A stretch of DNA of 63,975 bases, filler included, from Lama guanicoe (Eukaryota): assembly GCA_013239625.1 (NCBI GenBank). It is 79 parts of 77 records of this genome, joined end to end, with 100 filler letters (N's around TTAATTAATTAA, not from the genome) between each part and the next. Parts side by side here need not be neighbours in the genome. Positions count along the whole stretch, not along the records: positions 1 to 752 come from MU053059.1; positions 853 to 1,723 come from PNXV01000004.1; positions 1,824 to 2,592 come from PNXV01000006.1; positions 2,693 to 3,316 come from PNXV01000007.1; positions 3,417 to 4,250 come from MU053060.1; positions 4,351 to 5,490 come from MU053062.1; positions 5,591 to 6,710 come from MU053063.1; positions 6,811 to 7,327 come from PNXV01000032.1; 71 more parts are not named here. The stretch is one strand, 5' to 3'. Both the position numbers and the translations under genes were made by a program. The notes beneath the pieces were generated by a model. The model searched no databases. It was given only the letters and a program-made list of their open reading frames with translations, and was not told the origin of the DNA. Of this stretch, positions 1 to 12,129 are shown in pieces; within the stretch, counting starts at the first letter, position 1; every line of letters begins with the position of its first letter.

Positions 1-752
1 TGCGGCTCCCCTTGTAAGCCAGAAAAAGGAAACTCTGAGCCAAGATATTTCATATTCCACCGCAGCCACATGGGTAACTAGATCTCTAAGCTGACAAAAT
101 GTAACCACCAGAAACAGGAATCTTTCCTTTTCTCTTATTTTGGACCTTTTGACAGGGAGCCTCACATCTCTGACGGGAACCATCTTTAATCCAATAGAGA
201 GCTCAATTTTCAGGAATAAGCATGGAGAAAAAGAGTGGGGTGATGGTTTAAAGCGGAAGTCAAAGTGGAAGCCCATCTGAGAAATGGTAAAAACATGCAT
301 CTCAATGAATCNNNNNNNNNNNNNNNNNNNNNNNNNNNNNNNNNNNNNNNNNNNNNNNNNNNNNNNNNNNNNNNNNNNNNNNNNNNNNNNNNNNNNNNNN
401 NNNNNNNNNNNNNNNNNNNNNNNNNNNNNNNNNNNNNNNNNNNNNNNNNNNNNNNNNNNNNNNNNNNNNNNNNNNNNNNNNNNNNNNNNNNNNNNNNNNN
501 NNNNNNNNNNNNNNNNNNNNNNNNNNNNAAGTGTTCCAAGTCCAGCACTCGAAAAAACTTAGCGAATCATGTGTCCAGTTGATTTGAAAATCCTGATAAG
601 TAAATAACTCAAAAGTGGGAAAGACATGGTATTAAATTGTGGTAGTGAGCAATGAAATCCAAGAATTTTATACCTATATTTTCATTGTTAATATAACAAA
701 CTGAGAGCAACTGTCAAAAAGTAGTAACTGGAGGATATACACACACACACAC

Positions 753-852
753 NNNNNNNNNNNNNNNNNNNNNNNNNNNNNNNNNNNNNNNNNNNNTTAA
801 TTAATTAANNNNNNNNNNNNNNNNNNNNNNNNNNNNNNNNNNNNNNNNNNNN
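753..852. other. Artificial scaffold-joining spacer N44-TTAATTAATTAA-N44 (first of about 78 copies; last at 63264-63363)
   Basis: The same 12-mer flanked by N-runs recurs every 0.4-1.4 kb (44 N each side where counted). The palindromic 12-mer gives TAA in all six frames, and the flanking sequences are unrelated. Confidence 0.98.
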
Positions 853-1942
853 CTGGATTTGAATTTGATGGCTTCAGTTCCTCCCTGTGCAGTTTACACA
901 TAGCCTTCACACTTTATATTTTGAAGCAGCAGGAGATGTTATCAGAGGCCAACCTACAAGGAGCCTGTGTTTCCTTGCAGAACACATTGTTTCTAACAAG
1001 CAAGCTAACTAGGTTTTCTGAATATGGGTTTAAACAAGATTCATTATAGGGCTGGCCTTGCATGTGGAACATATTTTTATAAGGAATCTGTAAGTTATGA
1101 GTATTTCACTACTTTTCAATGTTTTCTTTTTAAGTTCATGTTTGCTTTCATTTTTCTAGTTAAAATGGATTGAGAAAGATTAATATAACCAAAAAATGCC
1201 AGTGGGGGAAATACAGAGAAACTGTGCAGTCATAATAAATATTTTAGGTCTCCAGTTCTTAACAGCCTGCAGCTGCATTTACAGCGTTGGTTCGGGACGG
1301 GACACGGTGCTGTGTCTAGCACGCTGCCTCTGGCCGCCGTTCATCGGGGAGCAGAACTTGGATGCCGGGGAGCTGCACAGCGCCCTCCTGGGAGATGGTC
1401 CTAGCGTGAGGCAGAGCCTCTCGCAGGATTTCTGACCCTGTTGTATAGTTTCTAAAAATAGCTTGCCGTGATCAGCTTTGACCCTGACCTTTAAAGGAAC
1501 ATTTTCTGTTTATTCAGGTGAAACATGCTCATTGGAGAAAATACTTTGGTACATTCTTATTTAGGTTTTACATGTGGAAAGTGGTATGTGAGCTCTCAGT
1601 CCTGGCCAAGATTGTAGACTAGCCTAGGCTGCTGACTTCCTAGTCCCAGGACTCTGAGGAAGGAAGGACAGAAACCCGGGGTGATGGGGCACTGGGAGCT
1701 AGCAGGGAAATGCGAGGCTCCCCNNNNNNNNNNNNNNNNNNNNNNNNNNNNNNNNNNNNNNNNNNNNTTAATTAATTAANNNNNNNNNNNNNNNNNNNNN
1801 NNNNNNNNNNNNNNNNNNNNNNNCTGCCCCTGCCATCCCCAAGCAGCCTCGACGCCCCTCTCCCACTGGTGGCCTCTGAGCCTGAATGAATGGTCTTCTA
1901 ATGACCCTCCCAGTTGATGGCACCCTCTCCCACTTCCCCGCT

Positions 1943-1969
1943 ACACACACACATACACACACACACACA
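1943..1969 (+). repeat. (CA)n microsatellite
   Basis: acacacacacatacacacacacacaca. Confidence 0.9.
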
Positions 1970-3849
1970 GAGCCAAGGCAGCCTTCCTAAAGCACAAATT
2001 TGATTACATCAGCCCCACTTCAAACCATTCAGAGGCTCCCTGGAAGAGTTCTAGCCCCACTCCCGAACCTGCTTGCCCAGCCTCACTTCAGTACCCAGGT
2101 CCCCAGTGACCTCAGGGGCCCCGTGACATGCTGCTAATTCCCACTTGCCTCCAGGCTCATTTTTACTGTTTGTCAAGGAAGCCTTCCTTTCCTCCAACCT
2201 CCGCACTTTCGGTTAGGTGCCCTGCTGTGTCCCTAGAACATTCTAAACTAAGTCAACTTCTGATACTGCTAAGCTCTCAAGAAGCAAGTACATTTTGCTT
2301 ACTACTGTGGGTCCACCTCCTCTCCCCTAGACACTCAGTACTGCATGTGTTATGAATAAATGAATGAAGGGGTGGGGCTCAAAGGGACAGGCAGAGCTGT
2401 TCTCCTGAGAGTCACTTCCTGCTGACACCCTTCACTGCCTCCTCTGTGTCAGTTCTAGTAAAAACCAAGCTCCTCCAAAGCCCACCCTCTCCAGTTCCCA
2501 GCAGGGGTACCCACCACCCTGGACCACATAGGGCACTCTCCCAGTGTCCACACCCCACAAGCCTCCAGGCCTCTACCCAGGCTGCTCCTGCCNNNNNNNN
2601 NNNNNNNNNNNNNNNNNNNNNNNNNNNNNNNNNNNNTTAATTAATTAANNNNNNNNNNNNNNNNNNNNNNNNNNNNNNNNNNNNNNNNNNNNATAACCGA
2701 TTAGTGGGCCAACTACATTTTTGTGAGCAGGGATGCTGTGCTGGTATTGAGGTGACAGCAAACTCTTGTTGGGGGTGGCCAACACTGCAACATGTGTGAT
2801 GCCCCATGAGTGTTGGTGAGGGTCCCCCTAGCCAGGGGCTCTCTTCAGGAACTAGCACATGGGCATTGACATCTGGAGACCTCTTTTTCAGCTGCAGGAA
2901 TTTTTTTCAGATACTGCGATTGAAAAATCACTCCAGCTGGGGATAATTAGGGAAAAAAGGAAAAGGAAAAGTGTTTGGAGTAGAGTTGAAGAGTAGGACA
3001 TAAGATCACGGAGAATGAGTGCTTGGCAGCCGAGCCTCGGTAAAGAGGGGAGCAGAAGTGGGGAGGGGCCTGGCTCCGGAACCAGCTCCTGTACCTGTCC
3101 CCACGCCCAAGCCACATAGCTTTTAATTGGCCTGGGCTACCTCTCTGGGCTGGATGTCACCCTGGGCAGAACCTTGAGAATCGATGGTAAGGGGTAGGCA
3201 GCACTCACCTAGGGGGTCATTGAGGACTTCGTTCAAGTCCACAGTACCATTTCTGGTCATGTGTTTAACTTGTCCTTTATCTCAGGATATGAGGAGGAGG
3301 AGCAAGGAACTCAGTGNNNNNNNNNNNNNNNNNNNNNNNNNNNNNNNNNNNNNNNNNNNNTTAATTAATTAANNNNNNNNNNNNNNNNNNNNNNNNNNNN
3401 NNNNNNNNNNNNNNNNGCACCTCTGGCCTTTTGGCCAGAGGGACCGAAAGGTAACACAGGGAGGCACAGGGCAGGCCTGCCCAGATCCCACCCGGGTGGC
3501 CCCACGGCCCCTTCCTGACTGGTGGAGGGGGGGGCAGTCATGTTGGGTGGGGTCCTGCCTCAAGCAAGAGCAGGCTGAGGAAGGGTCAGAGGCCTGGGGG
3601 GCCGATCACGTCCCCAACCTGGGTCCAAGCGGGCTGGCTGGGATGTGGAGAACCGGGGCAGGGCCCTGCTGCCCGAGGTGGCGCCCATGCCCTAGGGTGT
3701 GTCTCTTGCCTCCCGGGTGACTGAGATGACCAAGGTCCCAGTCTGATCAGGCAGCAGACGGTCGAGTGGGGCAGAAGCAGGAGTGGTCCTGGCCAGGCAG
3801 GGCTCTGAGACCTCCGGGCCGGGCCGGCTGCCGGTCACTGTCATTGCAG

Positions 3850-3958
3850 AGCCAGACACCGCAGGATCCGGGGATCCAGGACACTCATGCCAGCTCCCCA
3901 AGTGAGGGGCTGGTGTGCCACACTGTGGAAGGCCAGCACAGGCTCCGGAAGAGTCTGG
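3850..3958 (+). CDS. Candidate coding exon of an unidentified gene (SQTPQDPGIQDTHASSPSEGLVCHTVEGQHRLRKSL)
   Basis: ttgcag acceptor and G|gtatga donor; 109 nt open frame; phase-compatible with the next exon. Confidence 0.4.
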
Positions 3959-4034
3959 GTATGAAGGGCTCCCCACCACCACNNNNNNNNNNNNNNNNNN
4001 NNNNNNNNNNNNNNNNNNNNNNNNNTCCCCCCAG

Positions 4035-4145
4035 GGCCCAGGGCTGAGGGGCAGCTCAGCACCCCCGGCTCTGACCTGGAGCACCATGCCCACCTCCCGG
4101 GGATTCAGGAAGAGGACCAGGAGCCCCCCGAAGCAGAGCCCAAAG
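4035..4145 (+). CDS. Candidate coding exon of the same unidentified gene (PRAEGQLSTPGSDLEHHAHLPGIQEEDQEPPEAEPK)
   Basis: ccccag acceptor and strong AAG|gtaaga donor; 111 nt, phase 1-1, open. Confidence 0.45.
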
Positions 4146-5590
4146 GTAAGAAGGGCGGGGCTGGTGCGGGTGTGTAGCTGAGGGAGGGCGGAGGGCTGGG
4201 TCACACAGGGAGGCGTCCCCAAAGGCTGCTGTTGGGACCAGAGCAAAGACNNNNNNNNNNNNNNNNNNNNNNNNNNNNNNNNNNNNNNNNNNNNTTAATT
4301 AATTAANNNNNNNNNNNNNNNNNNNNNNNNNNNNNNNNNNNNNNNNNNNNTGGGCTGATGGAGCTCACCTCCAAGCCATCAGGTCAAAATGAGATGGTAT
4401 GAGTGACTCACATGCAGAATGTTTGACATAGTGCTAGTTGCTCTTGCTGCTTTATAATGTCTTCTTAGGTAATTCCGTTGTCCTTTGGCTTGTGAATACC
4501 TCCTCATTTGGTTTAAGAAAAATAGCATGCCTTCAGAATTTTAAAAAAAGAAATGAAGATATACTGATTAATGCTGTGTGTATTCTTATGGGTCATTTAT
4601 TAAAAAAATAAGTAGGAGTTCTCTAAAGAGAATTTATTCAGTGTGCCTAGAATATGATTCACTTAAATATGATTTTCCTTTAAATTCTTTTCAGAAATTT
4701 CCTGTGATATTTTTATTGTATAGTAGTTCAATTTTTCTGAGGAGGGGTTACATTCTAAAAAGTTTATTCTAGTAACAATTGATACATTAAATTAATTATT
4801 CATATCCCTGGATAGCGTAAAGCCCTTTTTTTTAATATATATAATTTGGGGGGTTAGTTCTATGACATTTTATTGGGCAGAATTATTTCCCATTTTCATT
4901 TTACAGACAGAGAAGATGAGTCATACGATACTCATTATACAAGAGCAGCAGAGGCTGATTAATTTGGGCAGAGGAGGAAAAGTGTGTGGAGAAAAAATTC
5001 TTGATTCTCAAACTNNNNNNNNNNNNNNNNNNNNNNNNNNNNNNNNNNNNNNNNNNNNNNNNNNNNNNNNNNNNNNNNNNNNNNNNNNNNNNNNNNNNNN
5101 NNNNNNNNNNNNNNNNNNNNNNNNNNNNNNNNNNNNNNNNNNNNNNNNNNNNNNNNNNNNNNNNNNNNNNNNNNNNNNNNNNNNNNNNNNNNNNNNNNNN
5201 NNNNNNNNNNNNNNNNNNNNNNNNNNNNNNNNNNNNNNNNNNNNNNNNNNNNNNNNNNNNNNNNNNNNNNNNNNNNNNNNNNNNNNNNNNNNNNNNNNNN
5301 NNNNNNNNNNNNNNNNNNNNNNNNNNNNNNNNNNNNNNNNNNNNNNNNNNNNNNNNNNNNNNNNNNNNNNNNNNNCTCATCTATTGAGTTCTGCTGCAGG
5401 AACTGCACCTGAAGGTTTAATTAGAATTTATATCCAGCGAATGCTGCTCCCTCCTTTTTCTCCCCAATGTAAGAAAGCGCCCTCCTTGCCNNNNNNNNNN
5501 NNNNNNNNNNNNNNNNNNNNNNNNNNNNNNNNNNTTAATTAATTAANNNNNNNNNNNNNNNNNNNNNNNNNNNNNNNNNNNNNNNNNNNN

Positions 5591-6710
5591 CTATATTAAG
5601 TATTCTGTATTCTATATTCTATATTCTGTGTTCTACAATTAATGTTCTAAATTCTGGGTTCTATATACTCTATTCTATATTTTGTGCTGAATATTCTACA
5701 TTCTATATTCTGTATTCTGCATTCCATAATCTATATTCTATATTCTCTGTCCTACATTCTATATTCTAAATTCTATATTCAGTATTCTGTATNNNNNNNN
5801 NNNNNNNNNNNNNNNNNNNNNNNNNNNNNNNNNNNNNNNNNNNNNNNNNNNNNNNNNNNNNNNNNNNNNNNNNNNNNNNNNNNNNNNNNNNNNNNNNNNN
5901 NNNNNNNNNNNNNNNNNNNNNNNNNNNNNNNNNNNNNNNNNNNNNNNNNNNNNNNNNNNNNNNNNNNNNNNNNNNNNNNNNNNNNNNNNNNNNNNNNNNN
6001 NNNNNNNNNNNNNNNNNNNNNNNNNNNNNNNNNNNNNNNNNNNNNNNNNNNNNNNNNNNNNNNNNNNNNNNNNNNNNNNNNNNNNNNNNNNNNNNNNNNN
6101 NNNNNNNNNNNNNNNNNNNNNNNNNNNNNNNNNNNNNNNNNNNNNNNNNNNNNNNNNNNNNNNNNNNNNNATTCTATTCTTTATATTTTGTGTTCATCAT
6201 TCTATATTCTATATACTATATTCTGCATTCCGTAGTCTATATTCTGTATTCTGTGTTCTGCATTCCATGTTCTTAATTTTGGGTTCCATATAATTTATTC
6301 TATATTCTATATTCTATGTTCTACATTCTGTATTCTGTATTCTATATTCTGCATTCCCGTATTCTATATTCTAAATTCTGTGATCTACATTGCATATTCA
6401 TATTCTATATTCAGTATTCCGTATTCTATATTCTAAATTCTGTGATCTACATTGCATATTCATATTCTATATTCAGTATACCGTATTCTATATTCTAAAT
6501 TCTGTGTTCTGTTTCCGTTTTCTAAGTTGTGTGTTCTATATTCACTATTATATATTCTATATTTGTGTTCTTCATTCTATATTCTGTATTCTATATTTTG
6601 CATTCCGTATTATATATTCTATTTTCTGTTCTACATTCTATATTCTAAATTCTATATGCAGTATTCCCTATTCTATATTCTATATTCTGTGTTCTACATT
6701 GTATATTCTA
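5591..6710 (+). repeat. AT-rich satellite built on a 7-bp (TATTCTA)n unit
   Basis: Degenerate tattcta/tattctg/aattctg heptamers; near-exact 62-bp duplication at about 6357-6500. Confidence 0.95.
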
Positions 6711-6810
6711 NNNNNNNNNNNNNNNNNNNNNNNNNNNNNNNNNNNNNNNNNNNNTTAATTAATTAANNNNNNNNNNNNNNNNNNNNNNNNNNNNNNNNNN
6801 NNNNNNNNNN

Positions 6811-7140
6811 TCAAAATTTATATGTAACCACAAAAATCTTGAGTTGCCAAAATAATCTTGAAAAAGAGTATTAAATATAAAAGTGTAATGTTCTCTAATG
6901 TTAAACAGTCCTACAAAGCTTTAGTAACTTAAACAACATGATACTGTCTCAAAAACTGACACCAATCAATAGAAGAGAATAGAGCAAGCAGATATAATCC
7001 CTCTCACCTATGATCATTTAACCCATGAAAACAAAGCAGGAGTATGAAAACAAGAAAAGAGATTCTCCTCAATACGTAGTGCTGGGGAGTTTGAACAAGC
7101 GAAATATAGATTAGTGTATTTCCTCACATTGTATTCAATC
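6811..7140 (+). mobile_element. Old, decayed LINE-1 ORF2 3' fragment
   Basis: Degenerate match to the L1 ORF2 KFIWN..AKIILKK..YKA.V.KT.WY region. Confidence 0.65.
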
Positions 7141-7427
7141 AGTAAACACAGAATTTCTTTTATTTATTATGTTTACTTATATTTCTTGCACCTGTAATTT
7201 ACAGATCTATGTTTCGAACATTTATTTCACTTATCAAATGTATTCGAATTTTATTCTTTTTGGTATAAATTTACACAAAATTCTTTTCCTAATTTCTCTT
7301 TCTGATAATGTGTTGTTACTATATAAANNNNNNNNNNNNNNNNNNNNNNNNNNNNNNNNNNNNNNNNNNNNTTAATTAATTAANNNNNNNNNNNNNNNNN
7401 NNNNNNNNNNNNNNNNNNNNNNNNNNN

Positions 7428-8080
7428 GACAGGTGATCCAGAGAACTTTTAGTATCAAGAGGGCCTGATAAAAAAACTAACACCTTTAATGGCAGGTCAG
7501 AAGATTCTTCACCTAAACTAGGAATGAGCCATCCTAGCACCGTGGGACAAAATTGGTTATGAAATGTCTCTCAAAATATTGGTCGAATTTAGGAACAAGG
7601 GGGAGAACTGTGAATGAAAATACTACACTGTGAATGAAAATTCTGCAACCATGTCAGTAAACAAAGAATGCTGAAACCAGGTCATCAGCAGCTGCCGCCA
7701 TCCCCCAGCGAGGACAGGCCTGCAGCCCAGCCAAGGCAGNNNNNNNNNNNNNNNNNNNNNNNNNNNNNNNNNNNNNNNNNNNNNNNNNNNNNNNNNNNNN
7801 NNNNNNNNNNNNNNNNNNNNNNNNNNNNNNNNNNNNAAATGATGCTTCCCACCATACATAGAAAAGAGCTAAATACTTGAACTTGAGAAAACTGGTTTTC
7901 TTTTGATAACAAGCAATATTTTATTGTTCCAATTATCTGGTCTTTGTTGCAAAGTTCTATATGTCCTAGCTCATCCCCTACCTCTTGGGAGGAGTCCCTC
8001 AGAGTGATCTGAGAGGCTCTCATCCCGGCTCGAGTCCTCCAGACAATTAAAAGAAAGCCCTTAACATTTAGGCTAAACGT
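7428..8080 (+). mobile_element. ERV1-type 3' internal end, polypurine tract and 3' LTR
   Basis: aggaacaagggggagaac immediately followed by TG at 7609; 7840-8075 is homologous to the reverse complement of the LTR at 30243-30500. Confidence 0.7.
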
Positions 8081-8634
8081 TTGTTTAAATGAAGTCCCAG
8101 AATAGACACAAGTCATCAATTCTGTTATGGAACACACTGAATCAGGAACCAAAAGCATGTTTTAGTCCGGAAAAACTCCGGGTTCCTCTTTCTTCCTGTC
8201 ATTATACAAACCCTGCAGAACTCAATAATTTGCTGTCTCCACTTCTGGCAACCAAACTCATAGAAAAGACAACTCAGCAAAGCGCCATGCTGGGGAGTAC
8301 CCCCCGCAGCAGCACTNNNNNNNNNNNNNNNNNNNNNNNNNNNNNNNNNNNNNNNNNNNNTTAATTAATTAANNNNNNNNNNNNNNNNNNNNNNNNNNNN
8401 NNNNNNNNNNNNNNNNGGCAACTGGCCTGTGTCCCCCTGGTTTCCAAGAACACAGTTGCCTCAAACTTCTTGGAGAGGCTTGTTTTTAAACTTAGTCTGA
8501 TAGATATCCTCAAGCTCGCTGTGGCAGAATAAGCTGTCTTCCAGCTGTCATGCAGGTTAGGTGTGCCACTGCTGTGTGCCACTGTTTTTATAACACATTG
8601 CTGTTATTACCTGCAATTTCAGAAACAGGGACCT

Positions 8635-8700
8635 GGGGGAGGGTATAGCGCAAGTGGTAGGGCGCATGCTTAGCATGCATGAGGTCCTGAGTTCAATCCT
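8635..8700 (+). mobile_element. tRNA-Ala-derived SINE (camelid-type), 3'-truncated
   Basis: ggggagggtatagcgcaagtggtagggcgcatgcttagcatgcatgaggtcctgagttcaatcc, with A box, AGC anticodon loop and B box. Confidence 0.8.
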
Positions 8701-9249
8701 TGACTTCACACAGGAAAGAATTCAAGAGTGAGGCATACTGAGTAGGAATACATTTATTCAGAGAGATGCACACTGCGTGGACATACTGAGTGTAGGCCAT
8801 CTCAGGAGGCCAGAGAGGCCATGAGGTGGGGGTTGGAGGCAGGGGGTAAAGTAAAAGTAGATACGCACTCGATAGACAGGATGCAGGCAATCTCAAAAGG
8901 TGAGGGAGTGAGAGGCCAGAGGCAGAGGGTGGCTAGTTTCATGAGCTCTGTAGCTCCATGTGCTAACAAGTGGGAGGATTACTTCAACTGCTTTGGGGAA
9001 GGGGCAATTGGTCCACTGCCCGCATCTTGATCTTTTATGGGCAGCCTTGGAACTGTCACGGCGACCATGGAAGTACCATTTAGCACGCTAACATCACAGA
9101 CGTACACTGGGGTCAAGGTCGACTGGGAGTCAAATCTCCCACCATCCTGGGTCTCAAGGTCTACTGGGATTTGAATTCTCCACCATCTTGGTGTTAATTC
9201 TAGTGTTATTCTTTTAATGGCTGTGCCTTGCCCCTTCCTTCCTGTCTCT
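8697..9249 (-). mobile_element. ERV1-type LTR, partial
   Basis: Collinear similarity to the solo LTR at 31746-32370 (aagaattcaagag, tttattcagagag, terminal ttcctgtctc). Confidence 0.75.
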
Positions 9250-9361
9250 AAACCAGACCCTNNNNNNNNNNNNNNNNNNNNNNNNNNNNNNNNNNNNNNN
9301 NNNNNTTAATTAATTAANNNNNNNNNNNNNNNNNNNNNNNNNNNNNNNNNNNNNNNNNNNN

Positions 9362-9913
9362 GATTAATATTTTAAGAAAATTTTGTCCCATTAACAGAGA
9401 GAAAACCAAACCTAGTCTTGTACCAGCTTACTTCTAAGATTCATTTACTTTGCCCAAACTGATTCTAAACTTAGCCAATTCCGACCACATACAAAACCCT
9501 TTCCTCAGGGTTCCTCTTCCACAAGCCTTCCACAGATTTCTATACTCGTATTACTGTGTCCCTTATTTTTTCTTCCATTCAGAAGTAACCAGCTTCAGGA
9601 CAAAGTCACTATTTTTCATTAACAAAATATAATTCCATTCCTTATATCTTCCTTTACACATTTATCTTACCTTCCTAGGATACTGAGATCTTTCCCTTAA
9701 TAATAGAGACTATTTCAGAGTGGCACCAAGCATTTATTAATATTTCTAAAGACCTTTGGTTTCTCTGTAAGAGGAAGTCTTATGTTGAGTAATTCATATT
9801 TCAATCTTATTTTATCTATAAATGGCATAGCTATTAAATAAAATCCTATCATTAAACTTAATTAAGCACAACTCTAGAATTTAGATACCAAACATTTAGA
9901 GATTATCTTAAGC
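9362..9913. mobile_element. AT-rich dispersed repeat, probably ERV internal non-coding region (copy 1)
   Basis: High similarity to 22437-22924 and to the reverse complement of 47949-48672. Confidence 0.6.
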
Positions 9914-10013
9914 NNNNNNNNNNNNNNNNNNNNNNNNNNNNNNNNNNNNNNNNNNNNTTAATTAATTAANNNNNNNNNNNNNNNNNNNNNNNNNNNNNNN
10001 NNNNNNNNNNNNN

Positions 10014-10190
10014 TGGGGAGTCTTAACATTTTTAACAATATTGTCTACCATTCCTCGAACATAGGATGTCTTCCATATATGTAGATCTTTAAAAATTTTT
10101 TTCGGTAAGACTTCAAAATTTTCAATGTACAAATCCTGTAAATTTTTGTGAAACGTATCTCCCATTTTACTTTTAATGCTGTTGTAAATG
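10014..10190 (-). mobile_element. Old LINE-1 ORF2 fragment within a duplicated segment
   Basis: Minus-strand translation NLQDLYIENFEVL..KDLHIWK..NIVK resembles L1 ORF2; paralogous to about 56625-56800. Confidence 0.7.
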
Positions 10191-11590
10191 GAAAGACTGA
10201 GGTTCTTAAGGGTGGGACTATATATCAATTTGTTTATTTCTAGGATTCCTACACAGCAAATACACTAAGGTATATATTTGCTACATAAATCTATCCACAA
10301 CTATTCCCTCACCCGTGTTATAAGAAAGCAAGACCCAGGTTAAGCAACCTGAACACCTACGTGGAAGTGAGAAATGAGACCCTTTGGTGGGGCTTTGTGC
10401 AGATAATACTGAGACCTTATTTAGGATGGCTTCATCTTAATTTCTTTTGAACAATCCTTTCAGTGTATATAGTCAGATACATTAAGAACATGTCCTTTTG
10501 ATGTGCAGAGGAGCTAAGACTATCATTTTCAAATAATTCCTANNNNNNNNNNNNNNNNNNNNNNNNNNNNNNNNNNNNNNNNNNNNTTAATTAATTAANN
10601 NNNNNNNNNNNNNNNNNNNNNNNNNNNNNNNNNNNNNNNNNNGAAGAGCCGTTATAAGCAAAGCTCATCTCTTCTGCTGGAGGTTAGCTTGCGACAGCCT
10701 TAATTCCACCAGAATGACAAAATACCTAATTTCCCCACCTGATAAAAACCTACGGAAGACTGAGAAGAGAATACACATGTTAAGAAGGAAGGAGGGAATC
10801 CAAAGGAGGAACACATGGTGGAAAATGTGGAAGTCTATCCTCAAAACTATCACTAGACAAAAGCAAGCTCACAGGAGAGCAAGAGGTGGGGAACGGAGGG
10901 AACGATGCCTAGTCCAGCACTGTCCATGCAGTGGGACGATGAGGGACGTTTACTGAGGCTCCCTCTAAAGGGGGGCTCAATTACCATCCCCAAGTCAGTG
11001 ATCGTATGACTCACAGGCACCATAATATAAAACGTGAAAGCACAGCTGTGATCGTCACAATCTCTTTGCTTTGGGTGCTGTCTGACAAATGGAAGAACTA
11101 ATACCACAGCTCAAAAGGCCACGTATGCTCAATACAGTGGATAGCAAGACTTCAGAGACTCAGGACCGTGGAACAGGACCACCGACAAGCTTCTGGCCCA
11201 GTTTTCATGCTGTTGACTTCTGCTCAGAACACTGACACCAAAGAGCTGCTTTTTCACACTGGTCATGAGGCCAGTAGCCTGTCGACAAACTACATTACAG
11301 GAAGTCTTTTCAAGTACAATAGCTGAGTTTAGAGAAATAGGATTTGATGTACTCAAATCTGTAAAATGTTACTCATAATGTTAGAGCCCTAGTATTTATT
11401 CTGAAGATCTCATCTGCTACAATGGATGCCTTTGCTTTTCATCCTTTGACAGAGGCAACGCGTGGAAGGCATCGCTGTCATTACCTCAGANNNNNNNNNN
11501 NNNNNNNNNNNNNNNNNNNNNNNNNNNNNNNNNNTTAATTAATTAANNNNNNNNNNNNNNNNNNNNNNNNNNNNNNNNNNNNNNNNNNNN

Positions 11591-11975
11591 TCTTGCAATC
11601 ATCAGGATACAAAGGAATAGTATAAAAACAATCTTTTAAGTCAATAATAATTTTATAACTTCCTTCAGGAATCGCCATAGGAGTAGGTAAACCAGGCTGT
11701 AAAGCACCCATCAATTCTAAAGTTTCATTTACTTTACGTAAATCTTGTAACAATCTCCATTTACCAGATTTCTTTTTTATGATAAATATAGGAGAATTCC
11801 AAGGTGAATTAGAAGGAGCAATATGTCCGCTGTCCAATTGTTCCTGCAAGCACCAATTGTTTAGCAGCGGCAATTTTTTCTTGAGAAAGGGGCCATTGAG
11901 GAACCCACACAGGCTGATCAGATTTCCATACGATAGGGTCTGCATGAGCTGCAGGATGATCAAAGGCCCCCATTA
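11591..11975 (-). pseudogene. pol: Betaretrovirus-like (class II ERV) reverse transcriptase N-terminus, frameshifted
   Basis: [31 protein letters not shown], then an apparent 4-nt insertion at about 11847-11850, then [61 protein letters not shown]. Confidence 0.95.
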
Positions 11976-12129
11976 AAAATACCCTAAGCCCTTTCTATCT
12001 CTTTTTCCTCTAACCTTCAGGGGCTGAGTAATTCCCTGGTTATGTTTTCCTAAGCCTTGATTTGGGTATAGTCCTTGTGACAGCAATTGATGAGAAATTG
12101 TAGGATTAGGACTATACAAAAATACTCCC
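11973..12129 (-). pseudogene. pro: Betaretroviral protease C-terminus with G-patch domain
   Basis: [51 protein letters not shown]; pol begins in the -1 frame across GGGTATTTTTAA. Confidence 0.9.

Noticed and set aside
5684..6766. Ile/Leu/Tyr/Phe/Cys-rich membrane-protein-like ORFs (also near 27267, 38217, 53752, 59911 and 63018)
   Set aside because: These are translations of the heptamer satellite.
8635..8700. Functional tRNA-Ala gene
   Set aside because: It lacks the 3' acceptor stem, has stem mismatches, and has a degenerate sibling at 30728, so it is a SINE.
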